DNA of 64,000 nt. Source: a bacterium (GTDB taxonomy: Bacteria > Zhuqueibacterota > Zhuqueibacteria > Residuimicrobiales > Krinioviventaceae). The first letter of the stretch is position 1. Every line of letters starts with the position of its first letter. The translations under genes were made by a program, and so were the position numbers. The notes beneath the pieces are model-generated. The model was not told the origin of the DNA, ran no database searches, and saw only the letters and a list, made by a program, of their open reading frames with translations. Below are positions 56,038 through 64,000 of this stretch, piece by piece. Location: the NCBI GenBank assembly GCA_963674595.2, contig CAXXFV010000015.1:288001-352000 (forward strand). The letters run 5' to 3'.

Positions 56038-57141
56038 TTAGACATTGTCATAGGGTAACAGTGCATCATCGCCCTGGCGGTAGAAAAACTTTTTATACCA
56101 CCATTTTGATCTAAAGTTGGTAATTGTTTTACTGATCATTGATTCCAGTTGTGTATTTAACACTTCAATTTCAAAAAAGGCCAGTTTTTTTTCTTTTGAA
56201 AGCGTATTCCCGCTATAAAATGCGTACAGAGGGGGAGTCTTTGCCACGTCAACATATTTCTTTCTTAAAGAAAAAATATTGGCGCCAAAATATCGAAAAA
56301 TATGAAAAAGGTCCTTTAATGATACGACATAATGTTCACAAGAATCACATTTTTGAATATTAATTTTTCCAATAGAATAGGATAACTTTTTGTTAACACT
56401 GCCGCATGAAAGACATTCCAGTCCGTTTTGTAAAACGGGTTCTTTATAGCCTTCGAGAAACTGTTTCAGGTTTTTTCTAAAGGGAGAAACAGCCATTGTG
56501 TAATTTAAGAAAAAAACGATATTTTGGCGTAAAATGATAAAGAAAATCAGAAAAACCAGAAACGGGAAACTATTAAATATAATCAAATCATACACCCCAT
56601 GCAACAAACTTGCATAGAGAAAAGCTAGTAACACAAATAAATAGTTGATGTTGATTTTTTTATAATAGTAAAAAGCAATGCCCATTACTGCGCTAAACAT
56701 GATATGTGCCGGTGTGGTGATGAGCAACCGGGTTAATATTAAATAATTCATGTTTTGATAAGCGATGGCATAGGTATAATTTTCAATCAATGAAAAACCA
56801 AGAGCGACACAACTGATATATATAATGCCGTCAATGGGTTCATTCATCTCTTTTTTAATAATAAAAAAACCGGCAAACAGGGCAAACAGTTTGGCAAATT
56901 CTTCCACAGGGCCTATGATAAACAGTGCACCGAGACTGTTTTCCAAAGCGACCGGATAAACGACATTCGTAAAAGCGTAAAACAGCAATGATGTGATAAT
57001 TGATACAAATCCTCCAAACAGGCCCAGAAAAAACATTTTCCAAAACGGTTCTTTTTCATAAATGTCGAATGATCGTAATAAAGCGATTCCCAAAACACCA
57101 AAGATAAATGAGAGCAGTACAAATAGCAGTTTTATATTCAT
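56038..57141 (-). CDS. prsW: PrsW family intramembrane metalloprotease with C-terminal CxxC...CxxC extension
   Basis: D..EKEP, GPVEE.AK, DGI.Y, GF..IEN..Y, H, LHG.YD. Confidence 0.85.
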   Translation of the reverse strand: MNIKLLFVLLSFIFGVLGIALLRSFDIYEKEPFWKMFFLGLFGGFVSIITSLLFYAFTNVVYPVALENSLGALFIIGPVEEFAKLFALFAGFFIIKKEMNEPIDGIIYISCVALGFSLIENYTYAIAYQNMNYLILTRLLITTPAHIMFSAVMGIAFYYYKKININYLFVLLAFLYASLLHGVYDLIIFNSFPFLVFLIFFIILRQNIVFFLNYTMAVSPFRKNLKQFLEGYKEPVLQNGLECLSCGSVNKKLSYSIGKINIQKCDSCEHYVVSLKDLFHIFRYFGANIFSLRKKYVDVAKTPPLYAFYSGNTLSKEKKLAFFEIEVLNTQLESMISKTITNFRSKWWYKKFFYRQGDDALLPYDNV

Positions 57142-57172
57142 TTCAGGCCTTTTAAATCAGAGGGATGTTTAA

Positions 57173-58483
57173 TTAAAATTCCAGTGAACGTTTTAAAAGA
57201 GTAACAATTTCATCTTCAACCGATTCCGTAAAAGGAGCCGGCAGGAAAAATGCTTTATGCATATCGTGCCCTTCATAGCCGCCTTGTTTTCTAATTTCTT
57301 GCGACGGAATATAGCCGTCAACCGCATTGGTGTACCCCACAGTCATGGCATATTCTGTTTTTGTGAGGCTTCTTCCTAACGGGCCATAATGACCGCACAC
57401 TTCGCCTTCCATAAAAATGATTGAAAGAGTGTCGGCAATTTTCCATGTTGTGATATTATAGGGGATTTCTTTTATATCTTTTTTCATGCTCAACATCTGC
57501 CGTGCCCAGGCAGTTTCAAAATGGTGGCGGGGACTCTGAACCGCCCAGGTTTTTATTTGTGAATCTGTCGGTTTTTGTCCCAGCGTCAGCGAGCCATTCT
57601 GTTCATTACACATTATTTCCCCGGAAAGCGAAACAAACGGTTTGTTATTAATAGCCTCAATTATTGCCTTGGCCAGTTTTTCACCGCCTTCACAGGCCTG
57701 GTTTGGATGGGCGGCAAATTGATATTCATTTTTATCATTTATAAATGCGACTTTGGCGTCTGCACCACAACCCATAATAAACATGACCTTGTATTGCGGA
57801 TGTATTCGATTGATATACCGTCGCATGTATCCGGGATAATCCGGCGACCATTTTTGCATGTCCCCACCGGATGAGGTTGGATGACAGGCATGACCGGTTA
57901 TTATGATATGTTCGGATGTATTATGTCGTTCAATAAAAATTACAGGTGTATGGGCATCATAATGACCATCCGGGTTTGGGGCAAATTCAATTTTTCCATC
58001 TTTACCGGGTTTACGGCGGTTGACACCGATTTTAACATCCGTTGCCTGATATTGCATGCGGGCCGGACCGCTGTTATTAACAGCAGTATCAACAGCACTC
58101 AAAATTTTATCTTCCATTTCAAAAACATACCAGGGATTTATTGCACCGCATGACAATCCAATGGAATAGAGTGTTGCCGGTCCCCAATGGGTGTGGCTTG
58201 CACAACAGACAACATGCTGTTGCGGGATGTTGTATTTTTCAGAGATGGAATATTTTAGGGCGGCTGTTGTCGTTCTGTCAAAACCGATAATATCCGCTGT
58301 TATCCAAATCCATTCCTGCCGGTTTTGGTCTTTTAAATATAATACCTGGGAGATGAGTGGGAGTTCGGTCCCGTTTGCAATACGATCAACACCGTATCCG
58401 GCCATTAAAGAGTGCCCCGGTTTTGGTGTTATTTCTATTTGCCCATAACCGGCTTGCAGGTCCCATTTTCTGTTTTCGTTCAT
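57173..58483 (-). CDS. Neutral/alkaline ceramidase-like hydrolase
   Basis: G..EITP, MAGY, ASHTH.GP, NRR, ACHPT, S.DYPG, GE, GY.N...GYIPS, GGYE. Confidence 0.8.
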   Translation of the reverse strand: MNENRKWDLQAGYGQIEITPKPGHSLMAGYGVDRIANGTELPLISQVLYLKDQNRQEWIWITADIIGFDRTTTAALKYSISEKYNIPQQHVVCCASHTHWGPATLYSIGLSCGAINPWYVFEMEDKILSAVDTAVNNSGPARMQYQATDVKIGVNRRKPGKDGKIEFAPNPDGHYDAHTPVIFIERHNTSEHIIITGHACHPTSSGGDMQKWSPDYPGYMRRYINRIHPQYKVMFIMGCGADAKVAFINDKNEYQFAAHPNQACEGGEKLAKAIIEAINNKPFVSLSGEIMCNEQNGSLTLGQKPTDSQIKTWAVQSPRHHFETAWARQMLSMKKDIKEIPYNITTWKIADTLSIIFMEGEVCGHYGPLGRSLTKTEYAMTVGYTNAVDGYIPSQEIRKQGGYEGHDMHKAFFLPAPFTESVEDEIVTLLKRSLEF

Positions 58484-58505
58484 AAAAGGTTCCGTAATAT
58501 ATTTT

Positions 58506-58904
58506 TTATTTGGAAGAATTGCGATTTTTCATTTCAAATCCCCTCAGCACAACATAAGCAATTAATGCAAAAATGAAAAAGATGAGCAGCATCCAGGCGA
58601 TACTTTGCAGGGTTTCAATAACAGTTCGATAGACTTCCAGCGTCCAGCGTTCCGATGTTAAAATTAAAGGTGAATCATCTCTCATTCTGGAGGTAATATA
58701 ACGCTCCAGTTGATGAATACGAACACCCCCTGAAATGCCCACAACATAAATTGCGAAAACGATATAACGTTTCCAGGCTGTGGCAAGTTCTTCGGAAATA
58801 ATTCGATTCAATATTGCTGAAATAGAAGTGTTAAAAAGCCGGGTCACTAAAAAAGAAACAAAAATGGCGATTGAAAACGTAACAATTAGCAGGGACAGGA
58901 ACAT
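58506..58904 (-). CDS. Hypothetical membrane protein
   Basis: 132 aa, three hydrophobic segments, co-oriented with its neighbours. Confidence 0.75.
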   Translation of the reverse strand: MFLSLLIVTFSIAIFVSFLVTRLFNTSISAILNRIISEELATAWKRYIVFAIYVVGISGGVRIHQLERYITSRMRDDSPLILTSERWTLEVYRTVIETLQSIAWMLLIFFIFALIAYVVLRGFEMKNRNSSK

Positions 58905-58929
58905 GATAAATTCCTCAGTCTTGTTTTAA

Positions 58930-59634
58930 TTATTGATAATGAATGCCGGGATATAACATTTGAATGCTTATAAAATGAATGTATGGAAATATCACACTGA
59001 ATATTTTCCAGGCGATAAAGATACTCAAAAATACAAGTCCTGGATGGCTAAAAAATGATCGCAGTTTTGCAGCCGTTTCATTTTTAACAAATAAATAAAT
59101 AATTGAGCCTCCGTCAAAACCCGGAAGTGGAAATAAATTAAAAAATAATAGGATCAAATTCAACGAAAATAGTATACTCACCAGGGTGGCTAAAAATTCC
59201 CCTGTTGGGCCTGCTGAGGATTGTACAATATGAGAAAAGTTTATAAAATCCGGCGGTTGAAAGATATTGATAAATATCCCGATACGAATGGCGAGTGTTG
59301 CGGCCAGCATCAGGGCGAGATTAGCGGCTGGTCCGGCAAGCGCCATTTTTGCTGATTTTTTAGGGTGGTCCATGGCCCATTGCAGATTATAGGGCGTACT
59401 TGCCCAACCGAACATCCAACCGGAGGTGAAAAAGACAAATATCGGCACGATGACGGTGCCGAGAATTTCACGTTTAATATGGGGAATGGGATTGAGGCTG
59501 ACCTGACCATGAAGGTAAGCTGTGTTGTCACCGAGTTTTAAACCTGCCCAGGCATGGGCCGCTTCATGGCAAACCAGGCTGAATAGAAAAATGATATACC
59601 AAATAAACCCGGAAAGTACAAGTTCTGAATTCAA
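58930..59634 (-). CDS. Site-2 protease (peptidase M50) family
   Basis: HEAAH, LGD.TA, SLNP..H, ALAGP.AN, FNL.P.P.FDG. Confidence 0.92.
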   Translation of the reverse strand: MNSELVLSGFIWYIIFLFSLVCHEAAHAWAGLKLGDNTAYLHGQVSLNPIPHIKREILGTVIVPIFVFFTSGWMFGWASTPYNLQWAMDHPKKSAKMALAGPAANLALMLAATLAIRIGIFINIFQPPDFINFSHIVQSSAGPTGEFLATLVSILFSLNLILLFFNLFPLPGFDGGSIIYLFVKNETAAKLRSFFSHPGLVFLSIFIAWKIFSVIFPYIHFISIQMLYPGIHYQ

Positions 59635-59691
59635 TATTAGGTCCCTTTATTGATTGAAAGGATTTGAGATTTCGATTAAAGATCAGATGGA

Positions 59692-59722
59692 AAACCGGCA
59701 TGCAGGATAACATGCCGGTTTA
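59692..59722 (-). terminator. Intrinsic terminator
   Basis: AAACCGGCATG...CATGCCGGTTT just past the Ldh_2 stop. Confidence 0.7.
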
Positions 59723-59727
59723 ATGTT

Positions 59728-60840
59728 TTAAAACGGTATAGGAGTTGACAAACCATAATCTGCTTTAATTGTTTTCATGGTTTTTTGCAAGGTATCATTA
59801 ATTTTGACACCTTTTTCCGGTATTTCCTGTTCTTTGTCATACTCTTTTTCGCCGGCTGTATAAATACGTTCAATTCCCGGAAGTTTGGTGCATTTTCGCA
59901 TTTCGCGGGCCATATTTCCGGTAATTGTTTTGAATTCATCAATGTCGATAAAACTGGAAATGTTAATAGCCATGAAAAAATGTCCCAGTTTGTTTGGCAC
60001 TTTTTTACCGTTTTCATCAAAACCGGAAAGACCCCAGCAGAATGGACCGCCGCTGAACGCAGAAGAAAGAATTTCCACCATCATGGCCAAACCATAGCCT
60101 TTGTAGCCTGACAAATCTTCACCGGCTCCGCCAAGAGGAAGCAAAGAAGCTGCTTTTGATGCAAACATGCCTAATAATTTTGTCGGGTCTGTTACATAAT
60201 TTCCATCTCTGTCCATGGCCCAACCTTCGGGCATGGTTTTGCCGATTCGGTCATAAACTTCTACTTTACCGCGCTGGGTGATGGATGTCGCCATGTCCAG
60301 CAAAAAGGGACAGGGTTCGTCAGTCGGTACACCAAAAGCGATTGGATTTGTTCCGAACATGGGGTCATTGCTGAATGTCGGTGCAATAGAGGGACGCGCA
60401 TTTGTGACCGCAAATCCTGCCATGTTTTCTTTAATTGCCATTAACGGATAATATCCGCAAATACCAAAATGCGTGCTGTTGCGAACGGATACAGCAGCAA
60501 TACCTGTTTTTTTTGCTTTTTCAATCGCCAGCTTCATGGCATGGTAAGAAACAACGTGTCCCATACCAAATTTAGCATCAATCAAGGCTGTCCCCGGTGT
60601 TTCCTTGAGGATTTCATACTTTGTTACCGGGGTTTGAACGCCGTCTTTAATAAAATTTAAATACATTTGCAGCCGACCGATTCCGTGTGATTCGATTCCT
60701 CGCAGGTCCGAACTGATGAGAACATCAACAACGATATCGGCGTCATCATTGGGTACACCGGCTTTTAATAATGACTCTTTCATAAATGTTTTTAAATTAT
60801 CAACAGAAATAATTACATCAGACATCTGGGCTTTCTCCAT
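59728..60840 (-). CDS. Ldh_2 family (malate/L-lactate/sulfolactate dehydrogenase-like) oxidoreductase
   Basis: DLRGIESHG..RL, RNSTHFG, GTNPIAF, LDMATS, LLPLGG, KGYGL. Confidence 0.92.
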   Translation of the reverse strand: MEKAQMSDVIISVDNLKTFMKESLLKAGVPNDDADIVVDVLISSDLRGIESHGIGRLQMYLNFIKDGVQTPVTKYEILKETPGTALIDAKFGMGHVVSYHAMKLAIEKAKKTGIAAVSVRNSTHFGICGYYPLMAIKENMAGFAVTNARPSIAPTFSNDPMFGTNPIAFGVPTDEPCPFLLDMATSITQRGKVEVYDRIGKTMPEGWAMDRDGNYVTDPTKLLGMFASKAASLLPLGGAGEDLSGYKGYGLAMMVEILSSAFSGGPFCWGLSGFDENGKKVPNKLGHFFMAINISSFIDIDEFKTITGNMAREMRKCTKLPGIERIYTAGEKEYDKEQEIPEKGVKINDTLQKTMKTIKADYGLSTPIPF

Positions 60841-60884
60841 ATATAGTAAATGTTTATGTTAAATGTTTAAATTGTCTTTTGTTA

Positions 60885-63704
60885 TTACTTTTTCTTTTTT
60901 GCTTTTTCCTTTTCCTGCTGTTCCAGCCACTCCTGATATTTTGCTGCACGTTCTGTTCGTAAAATAGCAGGATTATCCAGCGGTGGGGTGTCATTAACTT
61001 TGTCCCATTTAAATTCTTTATCATAAGGGTCTAAAGCCTTTTGCGGATCAAAAAGTACCGGGTCCACCGGAAGGGCAGAGTAAGGTTCGATATTCAGAGG
61101 TTCATCTGTAAAACAGTCTGAAAGGTCATTTGTGCAGGCGTCATATTGATTTAATGGCGGTAAATCGAGAATTAAAAATATGGTTTTAATAATACTGGCA
61201 ATACTGGTATGGGTTTTTGAAACATATCCGGGTTTTGCATAAGGGCTGAGGACCATACAAAGACTACGGTGTGCGTCCACATGGTCAAGACCGCCCTGAG
61301 CATCGTCTTCGGTAATAAAAATTGCCATATTTTGCCAGAATGGAGAGTTGCTGAGCATTTCAATAACCCGCCCCAATGCCAGGTCGTTATCACTCATATA
61401 GGATTCATAAAAGGGATAGCCATCATCCGGTCTGGGACTGCTGGCATGGTCGTTCGGCAGCATCATAGTAATGACCTGAGGAAAGGGTTCCTTGCCGCTT
61501 AGCCAGCGTTGATTAAATTCTTCTTCAAACATGTCAACACGAAACTGGTCCGGTATATTTGTATTATATGTTGCAAACATACGGGAAGTACGTTCAAAAA
61601 GAGGTCTGGGCATCGGATAATTGATAGTCATTTGAATACCGGTATATTTATGATGTTGTTCTTCATAGGAACCGGCAAACTCGAATCCCAATCCATAGTT
61701 CCAAAAAGTTATATCGTTTCGATCAAAATGTTCCCACATACCACCGGCTTCGTTATAATCTTCCGGATAAATTGCGCCGGATGCACCGACAAATCCAAGT
61801 CTTCCTTTAGCATTAGGAGATTGTCCCCTTTTGCCACGGCCATAGTGAGCTGAAACAGATGTTTCAACCCATTCGTTCGGATAAACCCCTACAAGCCAGC
61901 GATGGCCGTCGGCTGAATGATCGGAATCGCAATAGAAATTATCGCTAATGGTAAATCGTTTTGCTAATGCCAGGTGGTTCGGCATGGCGACAACATTTTT
62001 TGCAACAGCGCCATTTTTTATATTTTTAAAGGTCCTTGGAACCGTATATCGGCATAATGATGAATCGCCCAGGCCGTTTTCCAACGCACCAAATACTTCA
62101 TCATAGGTGCGGTTTTCTTTGGTGATATAGACAATATGTTTAATCGGACTTTTACGAATGCCATTCACAGGTGGAACAGGGTTCTTTCCTTTAATATGAT
62201 TGCTGTTGACGGCAGTCATGACCACATTATTTTCAATGACTTTTTGTGTGAGTTTTTTAATTTGTTTGTCCGAAGGCATATCAATTATAGAAATAACACC
62301 TCTCATAAGATGCCCGACGTTTGAAGGATCGCCTGGTTTGTGGTTTTTACCGGCATTTGGACCAGCGCCCCAGCCTTTTGCATTGGCTATGTACAGTTTT
62401 TTACCGTCATCAGAAACAGCCAGTTTACTGGGGAACCAGCCGGTTGGAATATGGCCAATAATGTTGTGGGTTTTGGTATTGATGACAGCTACAGCATTAA
62501 TACCGGATTCCGCTACAAATAATTTTTCACCATCCGGACTTAGCGCTAAACCAAAGGGAATAACACCGCGTAAATGTTTTAACCTGTCTTGCCAGTAAAG
62601 ATTAATATCTTTGATAACCGTATTGGTTTGTGCGTTAATTAATGTAATGCTGTCGTTGTTGCCGTTGCTGACATATACATATTTATCGGAAGCGACAATA
62701 GAATTGGGACTGCTGCCGCCTACTGCCGGAATATTTTCCAGTTTTTCTCCAACCAGATGGCCGGTTTTTACTTTGGCTGTTACCTTGGCTTCCAATGGAT
62801 TTTCAACATTAACAGTCCAGACAGAAAAGGATTCCGGCACATTTGGATCACCGAGCCCGGGAACCTCCTTACCTTCAACCGTAGTGCCTTCGACCATTTC
62901 TTTTGTATTATAACCAAAGGCGGGGAATTTTATTGTCGTTGAATCGGGTTTGTTGCGGTCAAAACCTTTTATAAAAGAGTATTCAAACATCCCGACATTG
63001 GCTACGTAAATCTTTTTTTCATCCGGGGACAAAGCAATACCAAATGGATAACGTCCGACCGGGACATTTTTAATAACCTGTTTTTTGTTGACATCCAGGA
63101 TAATCATTCTGAAATTTGCCTGATCAACAGCGTAAATTATGCTTCCGTCCTTTGTCATAAACAGGTCGCCGATATAACCGTCCACAAAACGACCATCGGA
63201 AAAGTCACCGTTTAAATCAATTTCTCCGATTTTTTGATCTGTATTCAAATCAAAAATCATTATAGCGCCGCCACCGCCGGAGGAGGCGTACAGCGTTTGG
63301 TTGTCCGGGGCGATTGCCAGTCCCATAAACACCGATTCCAAAATACCGGAGCGTTCTTCGCCTTTTTCCGGAATCCGCGAGACGTTAGGTTTTTCATTCT
63401 TCAAATCGGAAATAATGGACAGGGAAAACGGGAACGTTCCACTGTTTGCCGTAACTAGTATGTTGTTATCAGGACTTAGAATCAATCCATAGGGGTGTGG
63501 TGCCACCCGGATTTGTTTGCCGATCGGGGTTACAATACGTCCGTTGGGGATGATCGCCGTGTTATCTGATTTGATTTCAGTATATTGGTCACCCGAAGGT
63601 GCGGATAAAATATATTTTTTTTCGGGTATTAATTTTTGACAATTTATAAAAACGATTACCGTCAGGCAACCCGTTAATATTATATTTAATAATGATTTTG
63701 TCAT
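60885..63704 (-). CDS. YncE-like beta-propeller / phosphoesterase (alkaline phosphatase superfamily) lipoprotein
   Basis: Lipobox; repeated P.G.ALSPDG..L.VAN; IKHIVY..KENRTYD, SDNFY, SADGH.W, LPNDH, EDDAQ.G.DHVDAHR. Confidence 0.9.
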   Translation of the reverse strand: MTKSLLNIILTGCLTVIVFINCQKLIPEKKYILSAPSGDQYTEIKSDNTAIIPNGRIVTPIGKQIRVAPHPYGLILSPDNNILVTANSGTFPFSLSIISDLKNEKPNVSRIPEKGEERSGILESVFMGLAIAPDNQTLYASSGGGGAIMIFDLNTDQKIGEIDLNGDFSDGRFVDGYIGDLFMTKDGSIIYAVDQANFRMIILDVNKKQVIKNVPVGRYPFGIALSPDEKKIYVANVGMFEYSFIKGFDRNKPDSTTIKFPAFGYNTKEMVEGTTVEGKEVPGLGDPNVPESFSVWTVNVENPLEAKVTAKVKTGHLVGEKLENIPAVGGSSPNSIVASDKYVYVSNGNNDSITLINAQTNTVIKDINLYWQDRLKHLRGVIPFGLALSPDGEKLFVAESGINAVAVINTKTHNIIGHIPTGWFPSKLAVSDDGKKLYIANAKGWGAGPNAGKNHKPGDPSNVGHLMRGVISIIDMPSDKQIKKLTQKVIENNVVMTAVNSNHIKGKNPVPPVNGIRKSPIKHIVYITKENRTYDEVFGALENGLGDSSLCRYTVPRTFKNIKNGAVAKNVVAMPNHLALAKRFTISDNFYCDSDHSADGHRWLVGVYPNEWVETSVSAHYGRGKRGQSPNAKGRLGFVGASGAIYPEDYNEAGGMWEHFDRNDITFWNYGLGFEFAGSYEEQHHKYTGIQMTINYPMPRPLFERTSRMFATYNTNIPDQFRVDMFEEEFNQRWLSGKEPFPQVITMMLPNDHASSPRPDDGYPFYESYMSDNDLALGRVIEMLSNSPFWQNMAIFITEDDAQGGLDHVDAHRSLCMVLSPYAKPGYVSKTHTSIASIIKTIFLILDLPPLNQYDACTNDLSDCFTDEPLNIEPYSALPVDPVLFDPQKALDPYDKEFKWDKVNDTPPLDNPAILRTERAAKYQEWLEQQEKEKAKKKK

Positions 63705-63736
63705 TATGTGCTCCCATACTATTTTATAAACTGAAT

Positions 63737-64000
63737 TTAATCTAATTGTAATTTATACCGCAACTGGTCTAAATAGACGCCCTCTGTTTCAGCGCAATCA
63801 TGATCTAATAACATTTTTGTTTCTACAAGTATTTCGTTTTCGTGTTCTTTAAAATCAGGATCATTGATGCTGACATCTTCATAATCATCGGCTATTTCTG
63901 TAATAAAATTTTCAGGAAAGGGTTTTGTCATCTTTTGGTTGTCAACTATAGACAAAATACGGTTTAAAATTTGAAACAACAATATTCTGCTGTTTTGCCA
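63737..64000 (-). CDS. Hypothetical protein, 5' end outside window
   Basis: Frame is open to the window edge and co-oriented with the downstream gene; no motif recognised. Confidence 0.5.
   Translation of the reverse strand, partial: WQNSRILLFQILNRILSIVDNQKMTKPFPENFITEIADDYEDVSINDPDFKEHENEILVETKMLLDHDCAETEGVYLDQLRYKLQLD

Noticed and set aside
683-63492. Numerous 60-150 aa antisense or alternate-frame ORFs in the track
   Set aside because: They lie within well-supported genes and show no protein motifs; treated as shadow ORFs.
1-64000. CRISPR array, tRNA, rRNA, IS transposase or prophage genes
   Set aside because: No regularly spaced repeats, RNA-gene signatures or recognisable mobile-element proteins found by eye.

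Overview
AT-rich bacterial chromosomal window. T9SS-type C-terminal sorting domains, a hybrid two-component system and canonical sigma70-like promoters suggest an FCB-group lineage such as KSB1/Calditrichota (inference only). Left part: a TPP-riboswitch thiamine-salvage operon (AIR-synthase-like gene, tenA, thiE, thiL, thiD, methyltransferase; no thiM), a glycosidase-like gene divergent from a Na+:solute symporter, a sigma54-type promoter driving a DUF5610-like gene and an unusual REC-NrtA/NMT1-CheW fusion, and a cobalamin-riboswitch btuF-btuD-btuC-cobU operon. Middle (about 23-55 kb): an accessory region of almost all plus-strand genes, many encoding secreted proteins. Its core is a hybrid two-component system followed by four tandem ~1 kb paralogues with a conserved N-terminal beta domain and a divergent Fib_succ_major (FISUMP) domain, then an FG-GAP/FN3 protein ending in a dockerin-like module, then a T9SS-sorted protein with a possible cohesin-like domain. 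I propose this is a modular surface-display assembly; it is the main candidate for an undescribed system and needs structural testing. Right part: housekeeping-like minus-strand genes (bfr, prsW, ceramidase-like, site-2 protease, Ldh_2 oxidoreductase, YncE-phosphoesterase). No rRNA, tRNA, CRISPR array, transposase, integrase or reverse transcriptase was recognised. All family calls are from motif recognition by eye, not database searches.
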